Assembly (NCBI GenBank): GCA_963816355.1
Contig: CAWFKH010000001.1
Location: 512,001-576,000, forward strand
Origin: an uncultured Gemmatimonadales bacterium
GTDB taxonomy: Bacteria > Gemmatimonadota > Gemmatimonadetes > Longimicrobiales > RSA9
Length of the DNA stretch: 64,000 nucleotides
Direction of reading: 5' to 3'
A program made the position numbers and the translations under genes. Below are positions 22,198 to 31,281 of the stretch, piece by piece. The notes beneath the pieces were generated by a model, which searched no databases, was not told the DNA's origin, and was given only the letters and a program-made list of their open reading frames with translations. Position 1 is the first letter of the stretch, and each line of letters opens with the position of its first letter.

Positions 22198-24348
22198 TCA
22201 GAGCGTGTCCCAGAGGAGCGAGCTGGCGGAGAGGGTGAAGCTCCAGCGGCCGCCGCGCAGCCCGCGCACCACGTCGAATCGGGCCGCGTCCGAGAAGACG
22301 CCGAGGCCGGCCCCGACGTAGGGACGCACTCCACCGGTAGGGGTCTGCGGCCACGAGGACGGCGGGGCGGCCCTCGCCAGATCGGTCCAGCCGGCGCCCG
22401 CCGTGACGTGGGCGGACAGCGACGGAGTGCCGAGGTCGCGCGAGCCGTCGAGCGCGACGCGGGCGAGGCGGTCGCCGACGAACGCGCGGTACGCGTAGCC
22501 TGGCAGCGTTCCGACGCCGCCGATCAGGAAGAGCCGTTGCGGCGGCGGCTCGCCCAGGGCGGCGGCAGCCTCGAAATCGAGGCGCACCGTCCCGCGTAGC
22601 GTCGCGCTCGGCCATGCGAGGCGCACGGCGAATCGTGGTACGCCGTAGGCGCGGCCGGCGAGGGTGCCCACGCTCAGGGACGCATCCGCGCCGGTGCCGC
22701 CGAAAGGCGACGCGATCGGCCGCTCCACGTCGAGCCGACCCTCGACGAGCGTCCCCTCCGCGATCGGCAGCACGGGACGGTCGAGCGCGCTGCGGTCGAA
22801 GATGGAAGAGGCGGTGGTGAGACGGGCCGACGCGTGCCGCGCGACGTCGAGGTGCGCGCGCGCCCGCCATGCTCCGAAGGGCCGTTCCACGCTCACGCCC
22901 GCACCGGAGGCGTAGTAGAGGTCGAAGTAGTCCCGCCCGAGCAGCGCCGCCGATGCGGTGTTGATCGCACCGGGGAGCGGGGGGCGAAGCCCGAGATCGA
23001 ACGGACGGTTCAGGAAGCCATCCACACCGAGGCGCCAGCCGGGAGTCCGGCCGTGGAGGAGCGAAATGGAGAGCGGCACGTGGCGGGCTCCGAAAGCGAA
23101 GCCGAAGCCGGTGCCGAGCCGCGTCTCCGCGCCGGTCCGGAAGGAGAGGCCGGCGCCGAGGAAGAGGCCTTCCGCGCGGTTGAAGCGAAGGAAGGAAGAG
23201 GCGTTGTCGAAGTCGAGTCTGAGGCGCGGGAGGCCGCTCAGCACCATAGCGCCCACGAGCCCCTCGACCTCGCCTCGCAGGGAGGCGAGGTCACCCGTCG
23301 CCGCGAGACCCTCCTGCTGGAGGTCGGCGTACAGGCTGTCCTCGAACGGGAAGCGGTGCAGGAGGCTGTCGGGCAGCGCCTCGACGCGGGGGCCGCGAAG
23401 CGCGGCCGCGGTGACCGGCACGTTGAAGCGATAGTTCGTGATGCGGTAGCGGCCGCGGATCACGGAGCCGATCGGGATGTCCAGCTCCGGAACCTGCCGC
23501 CGGATCTCGATCTGCTGCTCGTGCGGCAGCCAGTAGCGGCCCTCCCACAGGCCGTTGTCGAGCGAGATCCGGATGTAGTCCAGACGCTTGTCCACGTAGG
23601 AGGCGGGAGTGAAGGTGAACGTCATGCGGACGATCGCCGCCGAGCTCCGCTCCAGGTACATCGCCCCGACGTAAGCGGGCTGCGTCCGGTCGCGCGGCCG
23701 CACGTCCACTTCATAGACGCGGAGCGGCTCCGCCCTTCCCGGCAGCCGAAGCGTCAGCGAATCGGCGAGCCGGTACTCGTACACGCGCCGGCCGCCCGGG
23801 GCCGCCGGGTGAAGCACGCTGCGCACCTCGTCGCCGTCGCCGAGGCGGATGACGTTGCCGAAGTCGTTCTGGACGATCGTGAGGTGATCGAGGTGGTACC
23901 GCATCTGGTTGGGAAGCCGGTCCTCGTCGCGGCGTCCGACGATTCGTTGCTTCGTGATGCCCGGCGCCGCCCACAGGACCTGCAGCGCGATCTGGTCCGT
24001 CTTCACCAGGTTCCGCCGGTCGCCGTCGTCGCGGTCCAGGTAGAAGTAGAGCCAGCCCCGCGCGTCCGCCTGATAGCTGCGCAAGCTGTCGCGCTCGAGC
24101 GGCTCGCGACGACGCGCGACCGCCCGCTCGACCAGACGCAACACCTGCCGCGAGTCCCAGCCGCCCGCGGCCGCATCGGCCGTGTCGGGACCGGCCAGCG
24201 CCTGAGGCGCCGCCGGCGTCCCCTGCGCACGCACTTCCGTCCCGCTGACGGCGAGCACCAGCGCGGCGGCGAACGCCATCGCGCCGCGCCCGTAGAGCGC
24301 GGAGGGGGAAGCCGCGGGACGGCCGTGAGGAAGGGGCTTCGACGTCAT
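22198..24348 (-). CDS. Predicted outer-membrane beta-barrel protein of unknown function
   Basis: Signal-peptide-like N-terminus; RFNRAEGLFLG and C-terminal amphipathic beta-strands (IGGVGTLPGY..F.GD, RFDVVRGL); start may be 24279. Confidence 0.65.
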   Translation of the reverse strand: MTSKPLPHGRPAASPSALYGRGAMAFAAALVLAVSGTEVRAQGTPAAPQALAGPDTADAAAGGWDSRQVLRLVERAVARRREPLERDSLRSYQADARGWLYFYLDRDDGDRRNLVKTDQIALQVLWAAPGITKQRIVGRRDEDRLPNQMRYHLDHLTIVQNDFGNVIRLGDGDEVRSVLHPAAPGGRRVYEYRLADSLTLRLPGRAEPLRVYEVDVRPRDRTQPAYVGAMYLERSSAAIVRMTFTFTPASYVDKRLDYIRISLDNGLWEGRYWLPHEQQIEIRRQVPELDIPIGSVIRGRYRITNYRFNVPVTAAALRGPRVEALPDSLLHRFPFEDSLYADLQQEGLAATGDLASLRGEVEGLVGAMVLSGLPRLRLDFDNASSFLRFNRAEGLFLGAGLSFRTGAETRLGTGFGFAFGARHVPLSISLLHGRTPGWRLGVDGFLNRPFDLGLRPPLPGAINTASAALLGRDYFDLYYASGAGVSVERPFGAWRARAHLDVARHASARLTTASSIFDRSALDRPVLPIAEGTLVEGRLDVERPIASPFGGTGADASLSVGTLAGRAYGVPRFAVRLAWPSATLRGTVRLDFEAAAALGEPPPQRLFLIGGVGTLPGYAYRAFVGDRLARVALDGSRDLGTPSLSAHVTAGAGWTDLARAAPPSSWPQTPTGGVRPYVGAGLGVFSDAARFDVVRGLRGGRWSFTLSASSLLWDTL

Positions 24349-24360
24349 GCCTGAGTCCGG

Positions 24361-24394
24361 AAAACCGGAGAGCCCGGCGTCGGCCGGGCTCTCC
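24361..24394 (-). terminator. Intrinsic terminator after sigma factor 1
   Basis: 12-bp stem GGAGAGCCCGGC / GCCGGGCTCTCC, then GGTTTT on the minus strand. Confidence 0.7.
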
Positions 24395-24451
24395 CGTGGG
24401 GCGCGGCCACCCGGCCGCCTTCCCCGAACCACTGCGGTGAAACGGGCTGCG

Positions 24452-25312
24452 TCAGCTCATGCTCCAGAATCCGGAAAGCGCTTCCCCATCCGGACTCTCC
24501 CGCAGCTTCTCGAACGCGCGGTTGCGGATCTGGCGAATGCGCTCGCGCGTGACGCCGAGCAGCGAGCCGATCTCCTCCAACGTACGCTCCTCACCGTCGT
24601 CGAGGCCGTAGTAGAGGTAGAGAATCTTCCGTTCCCGCTCCGTCAGGTACTTCTCGAACATGCGGTCCAGGAACTCGCGCCGCGCCTGCCACTCCACGAG
24701 ATCCTCAATGTCGTCCGACTCGATCCCCGAGAAGCGCTCGCCGAACGAAGCGCTGTCCCGGTCACCACGGTCGATCGGCGCGTCGAGCGAAAGCTCCGAC
24801 GCCGCGACCCGCCGCAACGCACGGATCGTCTCCAGCGGCTCGCCCATCTCCGACGCGATCTCCTGATCCGACGGCGAACGGCCGAGCGTCTGCGTCAACT
24901 GCGTCTCCATCCGCGACAGCTTCACCAGATTCGAATTCTGGTTCAGCGGGATCCGCACCGACCGCGTCTGCTCCGCCAGCGCCTGCAGCACCGTCTGCCG
25001 GATCCACCACACCGCATACGAGATGAACTTGACCCCCTTGTTGGGATCGAACTTCTTCACCGCCTTCAGCAGCCCCTCGTTGCCGATGCACACCAACTCG
25101 GCGAGTCCCAGACCCCGGCCCTGGTACTTCTTCACGTAGGAAATCACGAACCGGAGGTTTGCCGTCACCAAACGCTCCGCGGCTTCCTTGTCTCCGGCGC
25201 GCGCGCGCCGGGCCAGCTCACGTTCCTCTTCGGGATCCTCAATCAGCGGGTACTTCTCCACATCGAGGAGATACTGGTCGAATGAGTCCAAAGCGCGAGA
25301 GTTCACGAACAT
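24452..25312 (-). CDS. RNA polymerase sigma factor, RpoD/SigA family, without region 1.1
   Basis: LVTANLRFVIS, KFDPNKGVKFISYAVWWIRQ, SLDAPI, TLEEIG..LGVTRERIRQI. Confidence 0.95.
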   Translation of the reverse strand: MFVNSRALDSFDQYLLDVEKYPLIEDPEEERELARRARAGDKEAAERLVTANLRFVISYVKKYQGRGLGLAELVCIGNEGLLKAVKKFDPNKGVKFISYAVWWIRQTVLQALAEQTRSVRIPLNQNSNLVKLSRMETQLTQTLGRSPSDQEIASEMGEPLETIRALRRVAASELSLDAPIDRGDRDSASFGERFSGIESDDIEDLVEWQARREFLDRMFEKYLTERERKILYLYYGLDDGEERTLEEIGSLLGVTRERIRQIRNRAFEKLRESPDGEALSGFWSMS

Positions 25313-25340
25313 GGACGCGCGATCCTCGGTGAAGGGTGAG

Positions 25341-25384
25341 AAAACAAAAAAACAGCGGGGCGTCGTTGCCGACGCGGCGCTGTT
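25341..25384 (-). terminator. Terminator-like hairpin with U-tract inside the sigma factor leader
   Basis: AACAGCG-cc-GCGTCG-GCAA-CGACGC-cc-CGCTGTT followed by TTTTTGTTTT, about 30 nt before the ATG. Confidence 0.55.
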
Positions 25385-25469
25385 CTTCTAACGAAGCCGG
25401 CCGCCCCACTCCAGCGGCCCGGAAAGCCTCGAGAAAGCCTTCGAACGAGTTCGGGTCATAAGCATACCG

Positions 25470-25498
25470 AATCTATAGGAGCCGGCTGTCGGTGTAAA
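25470..25498 (-). promoter_or_regulatory. Sigma70 promoter upstream of sigma factor 1
   Basis: Minus strand TTTACA-N17-TAGATT. Confidence 0.7.
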
Positions 25499-25571
25499 GC
25501 CTGACGGGGGCGTCGTCGAACGGACTACCCGTCCGGCCGCGGCGAGTTCCGCGCGCGCACTAAACATATGT

Positions 25572-25913
25572 TCAGGGGGCGCCGCCCAACTCGTCGTAGG
25601 TCGCGACGGCGCGACGGAGGTGAGGAATGACGATGGAGCCGCCGACGACGAGGCCGACGGAGAGAGCTTCGAGGAGCTCGGGCTCGGAGACTTCCTCCTC
25701 GATGCAGCGGGTGATGTGGTAGGTGACGCAGTCGTCGCAGCGGAGCACGAGGGAGGCGACGAGGCCGAGGAGCTCCTTGGTGCGGGTGGAGAGGGCGCCG
25801 TCGTCGTAGACGCGGGAGTCGAGGGCGAAGAAGCGGCGGATCTCGAGGTTGTCGGCGGCGAGGATGCGTTCGTTCATGCGCTCGCGGAAGCGACGGAATT
25901 CTTCGATGCTCAT
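25572..25913 (-). CDS. Carboxymuconolactone decarboxylase / AhpD-like protein
   Basis: GALSTRTKELLGLVASLVLRCDDCVTYH (CxxC..YH); ATGA overlap with the upstream gene. Confidence 0.88.
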   Translation of the reverse strand: MSIEEFRRFRERMNERILAADNLEIRRFFALDSRVYDDGALSTRTKELLGLVASLVLRCDDCVTYHITRCIEEEVSEPELLEALSVGLVVGGSIVIPHLRRAVATYDELGGAP

Positions 25914-26899
25914 GGCGCGTAGGGTCCGGGTTCGAGGCAAAAGAGGTCGAGGTCGGGCGGGGGCGATTCCTTGAGGAGGAAGAGGGTGAAGGGGCCGCTG
26001 TCGGCATGGAGCTCGACGGCGTCGAGCCACGGTCCGGGGGCGATGCGGCCGCCGTGGAGCGGGCCGAGGGAGGCGCGGTGGCCGCGCAGGTGGCTGCGGT
26101 AGAGGAAATCGGCGGTCCCGGGTGCGAGGACGATCCAGCCGTCGTGGTAGTCGGGCACGGAGGGGACGCCCCTGAGCGCGGCGCGGGCCAGGACGCGGGG
26201 CGGATCGCCGGGAGCGGGCGGCGGCAGGAGTCCGCGTAGCCGGCGGGGCAGCTCGTGCTCGCTGGACCATCTGCGGGGCCGCAGGAGGGCGTGGGCGCGG
26301 GCGAACTGAGCGCGGATGGCGAGGTGGAAGAGGCGCCACGCACGAGGACCGAAGGCGGCGACCCAGACGAGGGTCGCGGCGGCGATCGGCAGCGCGATCC
26401 GGGGGCGGGTCCGGAAGGAGAGGGCGAGGGTGAGGGCGACGGCGGTGTAGGCGAGGTGGAGCGCGACCTCGTGGCGGGTGGTGCGCCGCGGCTCGACGGA
26501 GGCGAGGAGGGTGGCGCGGGAGGCGTGGGCGGCGAAGGCGATCGCGGCGCCGGCGATGGCGATGGTGCCACGGCCGGCGGAGGAGAGGCCGGGCTGCAAG
26601 GCGTCGAGGAAGGGGAGGGCGAGGAGGGCTGCGATGGCGGGTTTGGCGAGGGCATGGATGGAGGCCCATGCGGAGGCGAGGAGGGGGAGGCGCTCGATGG
26701 CGACCTCGATGGCGGCGAGGAGGATCGCGGTGATGATGAGGAGCGGATGTTCGAGGCCGCGGAGCTGCGGCGGCAGGGGGATCGTGCCCCAGCCGAGGCG
26801 TGAGGCGAGGCCGAGCGCGAGGATGGTGGCGTAGAGGTTGAGGCCGCAGGCGAGGCCGAGGGCGAGGGTGCTGCCCAGGGCGGCGACGGTGGGAATCAC
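25910..26899 (-). CDS. DUF4126-like membrane protein with C-terminal soluble domain
   Basis: ALGLACGLNLYATILALGL...LPPQL..LEHP pattern; several hydrophobic helices; GTGA overlap. Confidence 0.7.
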   Translation of the reverse strand: MIPTVAALGSTLALGLACGLNLYATILALGLASRLGWGTIPLPPQLRGLEHPLLIITAILLAAIEVAIERLPLLASAWASIHALAKPAIAALLALPFLDALQPGLSSAGRGTIAIAGAAIAFAAHASRATLLASVEPRRTTRHEVALHLAYTAVALTLALSFRTRPRIALPIAAATLVWVAAFGPRAWRLFHLAIRAQFARAHALLRPRRWSSEHELPRRLRGLLPPPAPGDPPRVLARAALRGVPSVPDYHDGWIVLAPGTADFLYRSHLRGHRASLGPLHGGRIAPGPWLDAVELHADSGPFTLFLLKESPPPDLDLFCLEPGPYAP

Positions 26900-28182
26900 G
26901 CGGGGTCGTGGCGCTTGAGGACGAGCGCCGCGTTGATGCCGCCGAAGCCGAAGGAGTTGGAGAGCGCGATCGTCGGACGGAGCTCACGGCCGCGATTGGG
27001 GATGTAGTCGAGGTCGCAGCCTTTGCCGCCCTCCTCGAAGTTGAGCGTGGGGGGAACCCAGCCGCGTTGGAAGCTGAGGCAGAGGATGCCCGCCTCGATG
27101 GCGCCGGATGCGCCGAGGGCGTGGCCGTGGTAGGGCTTCGTGGCGGAGACGGGCACGCGGTAGGCGTGGTCGCCGAGGACGCGTTTGATGGCGATCGTCT
27201 CGGTGGCGTCGTTGAGCGGCGTCGAGGAGCCGTGCGCGCTGACCAGGTCGACCGCTTCCGGCTCGACGGCGGCGCTGGCGAGGGCGAGGCCCATGGCGCG
27301 CGCGGCCTGGCGACCGTCGGGCCGCGGGGCGGCCATGTGGTGGGCGTCGTTGGTGGTGCCGTAGCCGGCGATCTCGGCGTAGATGCGGGCGCCGCGGGCG
27401 AGGGCGAGGTCGAGGCGTTCGAGGGTGAGGACGCAGGCGCCCTCGCCCATGACGAATCCGTCGCGGCCGCGATCGAAGGGGCGGCAGGCGCGGCCGGGCG
27501 CATCGTTGCGCGTGCTCATCGCGCGGATGATGGCGAACGCGCCGAAGGAGAGAGGAGCCAGGGGCGCTTCGACGCCGCCGGCGAGCGCGATGTCGGCGCT
27601 GCCGTCGCGGATGAGGCGCCACGCCTCGCCGATCGCGATCGTGCCGGAGGCGCACGACATCGCGTTGGTCGAGTTGGCGCCGGTGAAGCCGAACGCGATG
27701 GCGACGGTGCAGCTCGCGGCGCCGCAGAAGGTGGTGAGCGCGACGCGCGGGTCGACGCTGCGGACGCCGCCGGTGCCGAGGCGGACGACCTGCTCCTCGG
27801 CGTGGGCGACGCCGCCGAGGGCGGAGCCCATCTGGACGGCGACGCGGTCGCCATCGACGCCGGCCGGATCGAGGCCGGCGTCGCGGAGCGAGAGGGTGCT
27901 GGCGGCGACGGCGAACTGGGTGAAGCGGTCGAGGCGGCGCGCGTCGGCGGACTCCATGAAGTCGCGCGCATCGAAGTCGGCGATCTCACAGGCGATGCGG
28001 CAGCGCCACAACGTCGAGTCGAAGCGGGTGACGGGCCCGATCGGGGAACGCTCCTGCCGCAGGCCGTTCCACAGGCCCTCGACGCCGAGCCCGGCGCCGG
28101 TGAGCGGGCCGACGCCTGTGACGACGACGCGGTGCGGCGGGCCGTTCGAGTGTGGCGGCGCGGATTGCGGGTGGGTGCTCAT
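26896..28182 (-). CDS. Beta-ketoacyl-ACP synthase II (FabF-like ketosynthase)
   Basis: RVVVTGVG, catalytic SCASG, AHGSSTPLND, GHALGASG (Cys-His-His), SNSFGFGGINA. Confidence 0.93.
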   Translation of the reverse strand: MSTHPQSAPPHSNGPPHRVVVTGVGPLTGAGLGVEGLWNGLRQERSPIGPVTRFDSTLWRCRIACEIADFDARDFMESADARRLDRFTQFAVAASTLSLRDAGLDPAGVDGDRVAVQMGSALGGVAHAEEQVVRLGTGGVRSVDPRVALTTFCGAASCTVAIAFGFTGANSTNAMSCASGTIAIGEAWRLIRDGSADIALAGGVEAPLAPLSFGAFAIIRAMSTRNDAPGRACRPFDRGRDGFVMGEGACVLTLERLDLALARGARIYAEIAGYGTTNDAHHMAAPRPDGRQAARAMGLALASAAVEPEAVDLVSAHGSSTPLNDATETIAIKRVLGDHAYRVPVSATKPYHGHALGASGAIEAGILCLSFQRGWVPPTLNFEEGGKGCDLDYIPNRGRELRPTIALSNSFGFGGINAALVLKRHDPA

Positions 28183-28670
28183 GCGTCGGCGCTCGAGCGC
28201 GAGCGGGGTGCGGAGCGGGCCGCTTCGTCGGCGACGCCCGCGAGAGTGCGCCTGGCGATGGCGCTGACGAAGCGGGGGCCGATGACGAGGTCGGCGGCGG
28301 CGCGCCCGACGAGAGGCCAGGGCGGACCGTCCCACTGGTGGACGACGCGGACGCGGGTCGCCTCTCCCACTGGCTCGAATTCCCAGCGGACGCGCATGCC
28401 GCGCGTGATGCCGTCGATGTGGCGGTAGAGGATCGCGGGCGCCTGTTCGTCGAAGCTCATGTCGGAGACCCACCAGGTGGGATAGCGGAGGGGGCCCGCG
28501 AAATCGCGCCAGGCGGCCATCTCGACGCGGCCGGTCGCGAAGGCGCGCTTGTCGTGGAAGCGGACCCAGCGGTAGTGCGGGAGGATCTCCGGCCAGCGCT
28601 CGACGTCGGCCGCGACGCGGACGCACTCCCGTAGCGCGGCGGGCATCAGGTGCTCATCGGAGGTGATCAT
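28179..28670 (-). CDS. SRPBCC/START-domain protein (polyketide cyclase/aromatase-like)
   Basis: AADVERWPEILPHYRWVR, YRHIDGITRGMRVRWEF, C-terminal helix; 4-nt overlaps on both sides. Confidence 0.8.
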   Translation of the reverse strand: MITSDEHLMPAALRECVRVAADVERWPEILPHYRWVRFHDKRAFATGRVEMAAWRDFAGPLRYPTWWVSDMSFDEQAPAILYRHIDGITRGMRVRWEFEPVGEATRVRVVHQWDGPPWPLVGRAAADLVIGPRFVSAIARRTLAGVADEAARSAPRSRSSADA

Positions 28671-29995
28671 GCGGTGGGCTCCACCGTTGAGGAGAGCAGG
28701 AACGTGGCGAGGAGGCGGGCCGAGATCAAGCGCGCGGGCTCGATCAGGCCGCCGGTCGCGGCGACGACCGCGGCGGCAACCGAGGGGGCGGCGCCAAGGC
28801 GCCGCAGCGCCAGCGTCCGCAGCCGGCGGCGCGACAGGATCGCCTCGACGGCGCGCTGCAGCGCGTGTCTCGAGCGGGCGCGGCGGGCGCGGCGGCGGGC
28901 GTACTTCCGCAGGGGGGCGAGCGGCACGTCGCCGGGTTGGGCGAGCGCGGGAACGAGGCATTCGGCGAGGTCGACGGCGTCCTGAATCGCGGTGTGGATG
29001 CCCTGGCCGGTGAACGGATCGAAGTAGCCGGCGGCATCGCCGACGAGGGCGGCGCCGGCGGCGAAGGCACCGCGGACCGGCACGTCGAACGGACCGGACG
29101 CGAGGAGCGCGGGCGGGCACTCGCACAGCCGCTCCCCCGTGACGCCGCAGCATGCGTCCTCCATGCGGTCGCGGAGCGAGGGAAGCGAGAGCACGGTGGA
29201 GCGGAAGAAGTCGGCCCGGCCGGCGGCGGCGGCCGATCCGTAGCGGCCGGCGTCCGCGACGAGGGTGACGTTGCACATCCCGCTATCCACCGGCGCCACG
29301 CCCACGCAGAAGTGATCGCCCAGGTGCATCTCCCCGAAATGGCCGATGCCGTGGACGCCGGTCAGGTGCGCGGTGAGCGAGAGCTTGCGCAGGCGCGGCC
29401 TTCGCCGCACCACCCCGAGGCGGCGCGCGACGACGGAGCGGAGGCCGTCCGCGCCCACCACCAGCCGGGCGTGCAGCGTCGAGCGCGGAGCGCCGCCGTT
29501 CGCACCGCCGGCCGCGGCCGAGCGGCCGCTCACGCCGCGGACGCGGCCGTCGGGGCCGCGGCAGAGGTCGGCGACGTGCCAGCCGGGGCGGAAATCGGCG
29601 CCGGCGTCCACCGCGGCCGCCAGCAGCGCGGCGTCGAGCCGCTCCCTCCGCACGGCGAGCGAGGCGGCTTCGTCGTCGTCCACGGCGTACGAGCGGAAGC
29701 GGGCGTGGAAGGCGGCGCCGGTGCCGGCGTCGATGCGCCATCCCGCCAGCACCGACGGGCCGCAGGCGCGCACGCGTTCCAGCAGGCCGAGGCGGCGCAG
29801 GAGGGGCACGGCGCCGGCGCTCACGCAGTCGCCGCAGGGCTTCGGCCGCGGGAACGCCGCGCGGTCGAGGAGCGCGACGCGCCGGCCGGCCCGCGCGAGC
29901 AGAAGCGCGGCGACGGAGCCCGCCGGACCGGCGCCGACGACGATGGCGTCGAGGACCTCGCGCGCGTCCGGCGCGGCGTCGAAGGCGGGCCTCAT
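28667..29995 (-). CDS. FAD-dependent oxidoreductase (geranylgeranyl reductase / flavin monooxygenase-like)
   Basis: VVGAGPAGS, FPRPKPCGD, RRERLDAALL, VGADGLRSVVAR, LVGDAAGYFDPFTGQGI. Confidence 0.88.
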   Translation of the reverse strand: MRPAFDAAPDAREVLDAIVVGAGPAGSVAALLLARAGRRVALLDRAAFPRPKPCGDCVSAGAVPLLRRLGLLERVRACGPSVLAGWRIDAGTGAAFHARFRSYAVDDDEAASLAVRRERLDAALLAAAVDAGADFRPGWHVADLCRGPDGRVRGVSGRSAAAGGANGGAPRSTLHARLVVGADGLRSVVARRLGVVRRRPRLRKLSLTAHLTGVHGIGHFGEMHLGDHFCVGVAPVDSGMCNVTLVADAGRYGSAAAAGRADFFRSTVLSLPSLRDRMEDACCGVTGERLCECPPALLASGPFDVPVRGAFAAGAALVGDAAGYFDPFTGQGIHTAIQDAVDLAECLVPALAQPGDVPLAPLRKYARRRARRARSRHALQRAVEAILSRRRLRTLALRRLGAAPSVAAAVVAATGGLIEPARLISARLLATFLLSSTVEPTA

Positions 29996-30690
29996 CGCGG
30001 GGGCCTGGCGGTGAGGACGAGCCGGAAGAGCGGGTGGCGCGTCACGCGGACCTCGCGCAGCCCCGCCGTGCGCGCCATCTCGCCCAGCTCGGCGGCCGTG
30101 AAGGCGCGGCGCACCGAGAGGGGGCCGTCGTGCCGCGTGAGGCGGTTGCCGCGCCAGACGGTCGCGGCGAGGAAGCGCGCGCCGAGGAGCGCGGGTCGGG
30201 AACGCTCGAGCTCGGCGACGATCACGCCGGCGCGCGCCACGCGGGCGGCCTCGGCGAGCGCGCAGACCGGCTCTTCTCCCTCGAGGTGGTGCAGCACGAG
30301 GGAGAGCACGACGATGTCGAACGCGTGCGCGGCGAACGGCAGCGCGCAGCCGTCCGCGCGGCAGATGTCGACGTCGGCGGCGAGGGTGCGTCGCCGCGCG
30401 ATGGCGAGGCTCTGGGCGTGCGCGTCGACCGCGGTGAAGCGGAGGCGGCCCGGGGCGCGGGCACCGATCGCGAGCGGCAGGTCGCCGGAGCCGGTGCCGA
30501 CGTCGAGGAGGTGGAGCGTCTCCGCGGCGGGATCGCCGACGAGGTCGGGGAGGCGCCGCAGCAGCGCGCGGGTGCCGCCCAGCCACCGGTTCACGGCGGC
30601 GACCTGCGCCAGGCTGCGCTCGAGCTCGGCCGGCTCCTGGTCGGGCAGGTCGAGCAGCTCGGTGGCGCCGTGCAGGCGGGAGAAGGTCAG
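29992..30690 (-). CDS. SAM-dependent methyltransferase (probable CTG start)
   Basis: ELLD..VNRWLGG, LLDVGTGSGD, LPFAAHAFD, SLVLHHL, HDGPLSVRRAFT. Confidence 0.85.
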   Translation of the reverse strand: MTFSRLHGATELLDLPDQEPAELERSLAQVAAVNRWLGGTRALLRRLPDLVGDPAAETLHLLDVGTGSGDLPLAIGARAPGRLRFTAVDAHAQSLAIARRRTLAADVDICRADGCALPFAAHAFDIVVLSLVLHHLEGEEPVCALAEAARVARAGVIVAELERSRPALLGARFLAATVWRGNRLTRHDGPLSVRRAFTAAELGEMARTAGLREVRVTRHPLFRLVLTARPPR

Positions 30691-31274
30691 GACGACGTCT
30701 CCGGCGCGAAAAGGGCATCGAAGCCGACGATCATCTCGTCCTTCACTCTGGCCGCGCCGAGGAAGCGGCTCGGCGGCTCCATGTTCAGCTCCGTGAAGCG
30801 GAGCGGCGCACGTCCAGCGACGTGGACGGTATCCCCCCGCAGATCGACGGCAGCAGCGATCATCATGCGGTGCGGTACGCCGCGGACCGTCAGCGTACCG
30901 GTGATGCGCACGCTGTCCGGCGCCACCGCGCCGGCGGGCGCGACGCCCTCGAGCGCGAAGGTGATGCGCGGGAAGCGGCGCGCCTCGATCGCCTTGCGCA
31001 GGTCGCCGTCGCGGATCCCGTTGCCGGTCTCGAACGACACGGCGGAGATCGTGATGTATCCCTGTGCGCCGCCGAGCGCGACCGGATCGAGCTTCGCCCA
31101 TCCCCACAGCTCAGCGGTCTCGCCGCGGAAGTGGCCGAGCGTGGCATCCGCCTCGAACCAGACGCGGCTCGGGCCGCGGACGAGCGCGTAGCGCGAGGGC
31201 GACCGTCGCGGCTCGTGCCGAGCCGGTGCGGCCGTCGCGGTGGCGAGCAGGGCGAGGGAGAGGAGGCGGCGCAT
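30687..31274 (-). CDS. YceI-family secreted lipid/polyisoprenoid-binding protein
   Basis: Signal peptide; FETGNGIRDGDLR, FPRITF, ITGTLTVRGV. Confidence 0.85.
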   Translation of the reverse strand: MRRLLSLALLATATAAPARHEPRRSPSRYALVRGPSRVWFEADATLGHFRGETAELWGWAKLDPVALGGAQGYITISAVSFETGNGIRDGDLRKAIEARRFPRITFALEGVAPAGAVAPDSVRITGTLTVRGVPHRMMIAAAVDLRGDTVHVAGRAPLRFTELNMEPPSRFLGAARVKDEMIVGFDALFAPETSS

Positions 31275-31281
31275 GCCTATT

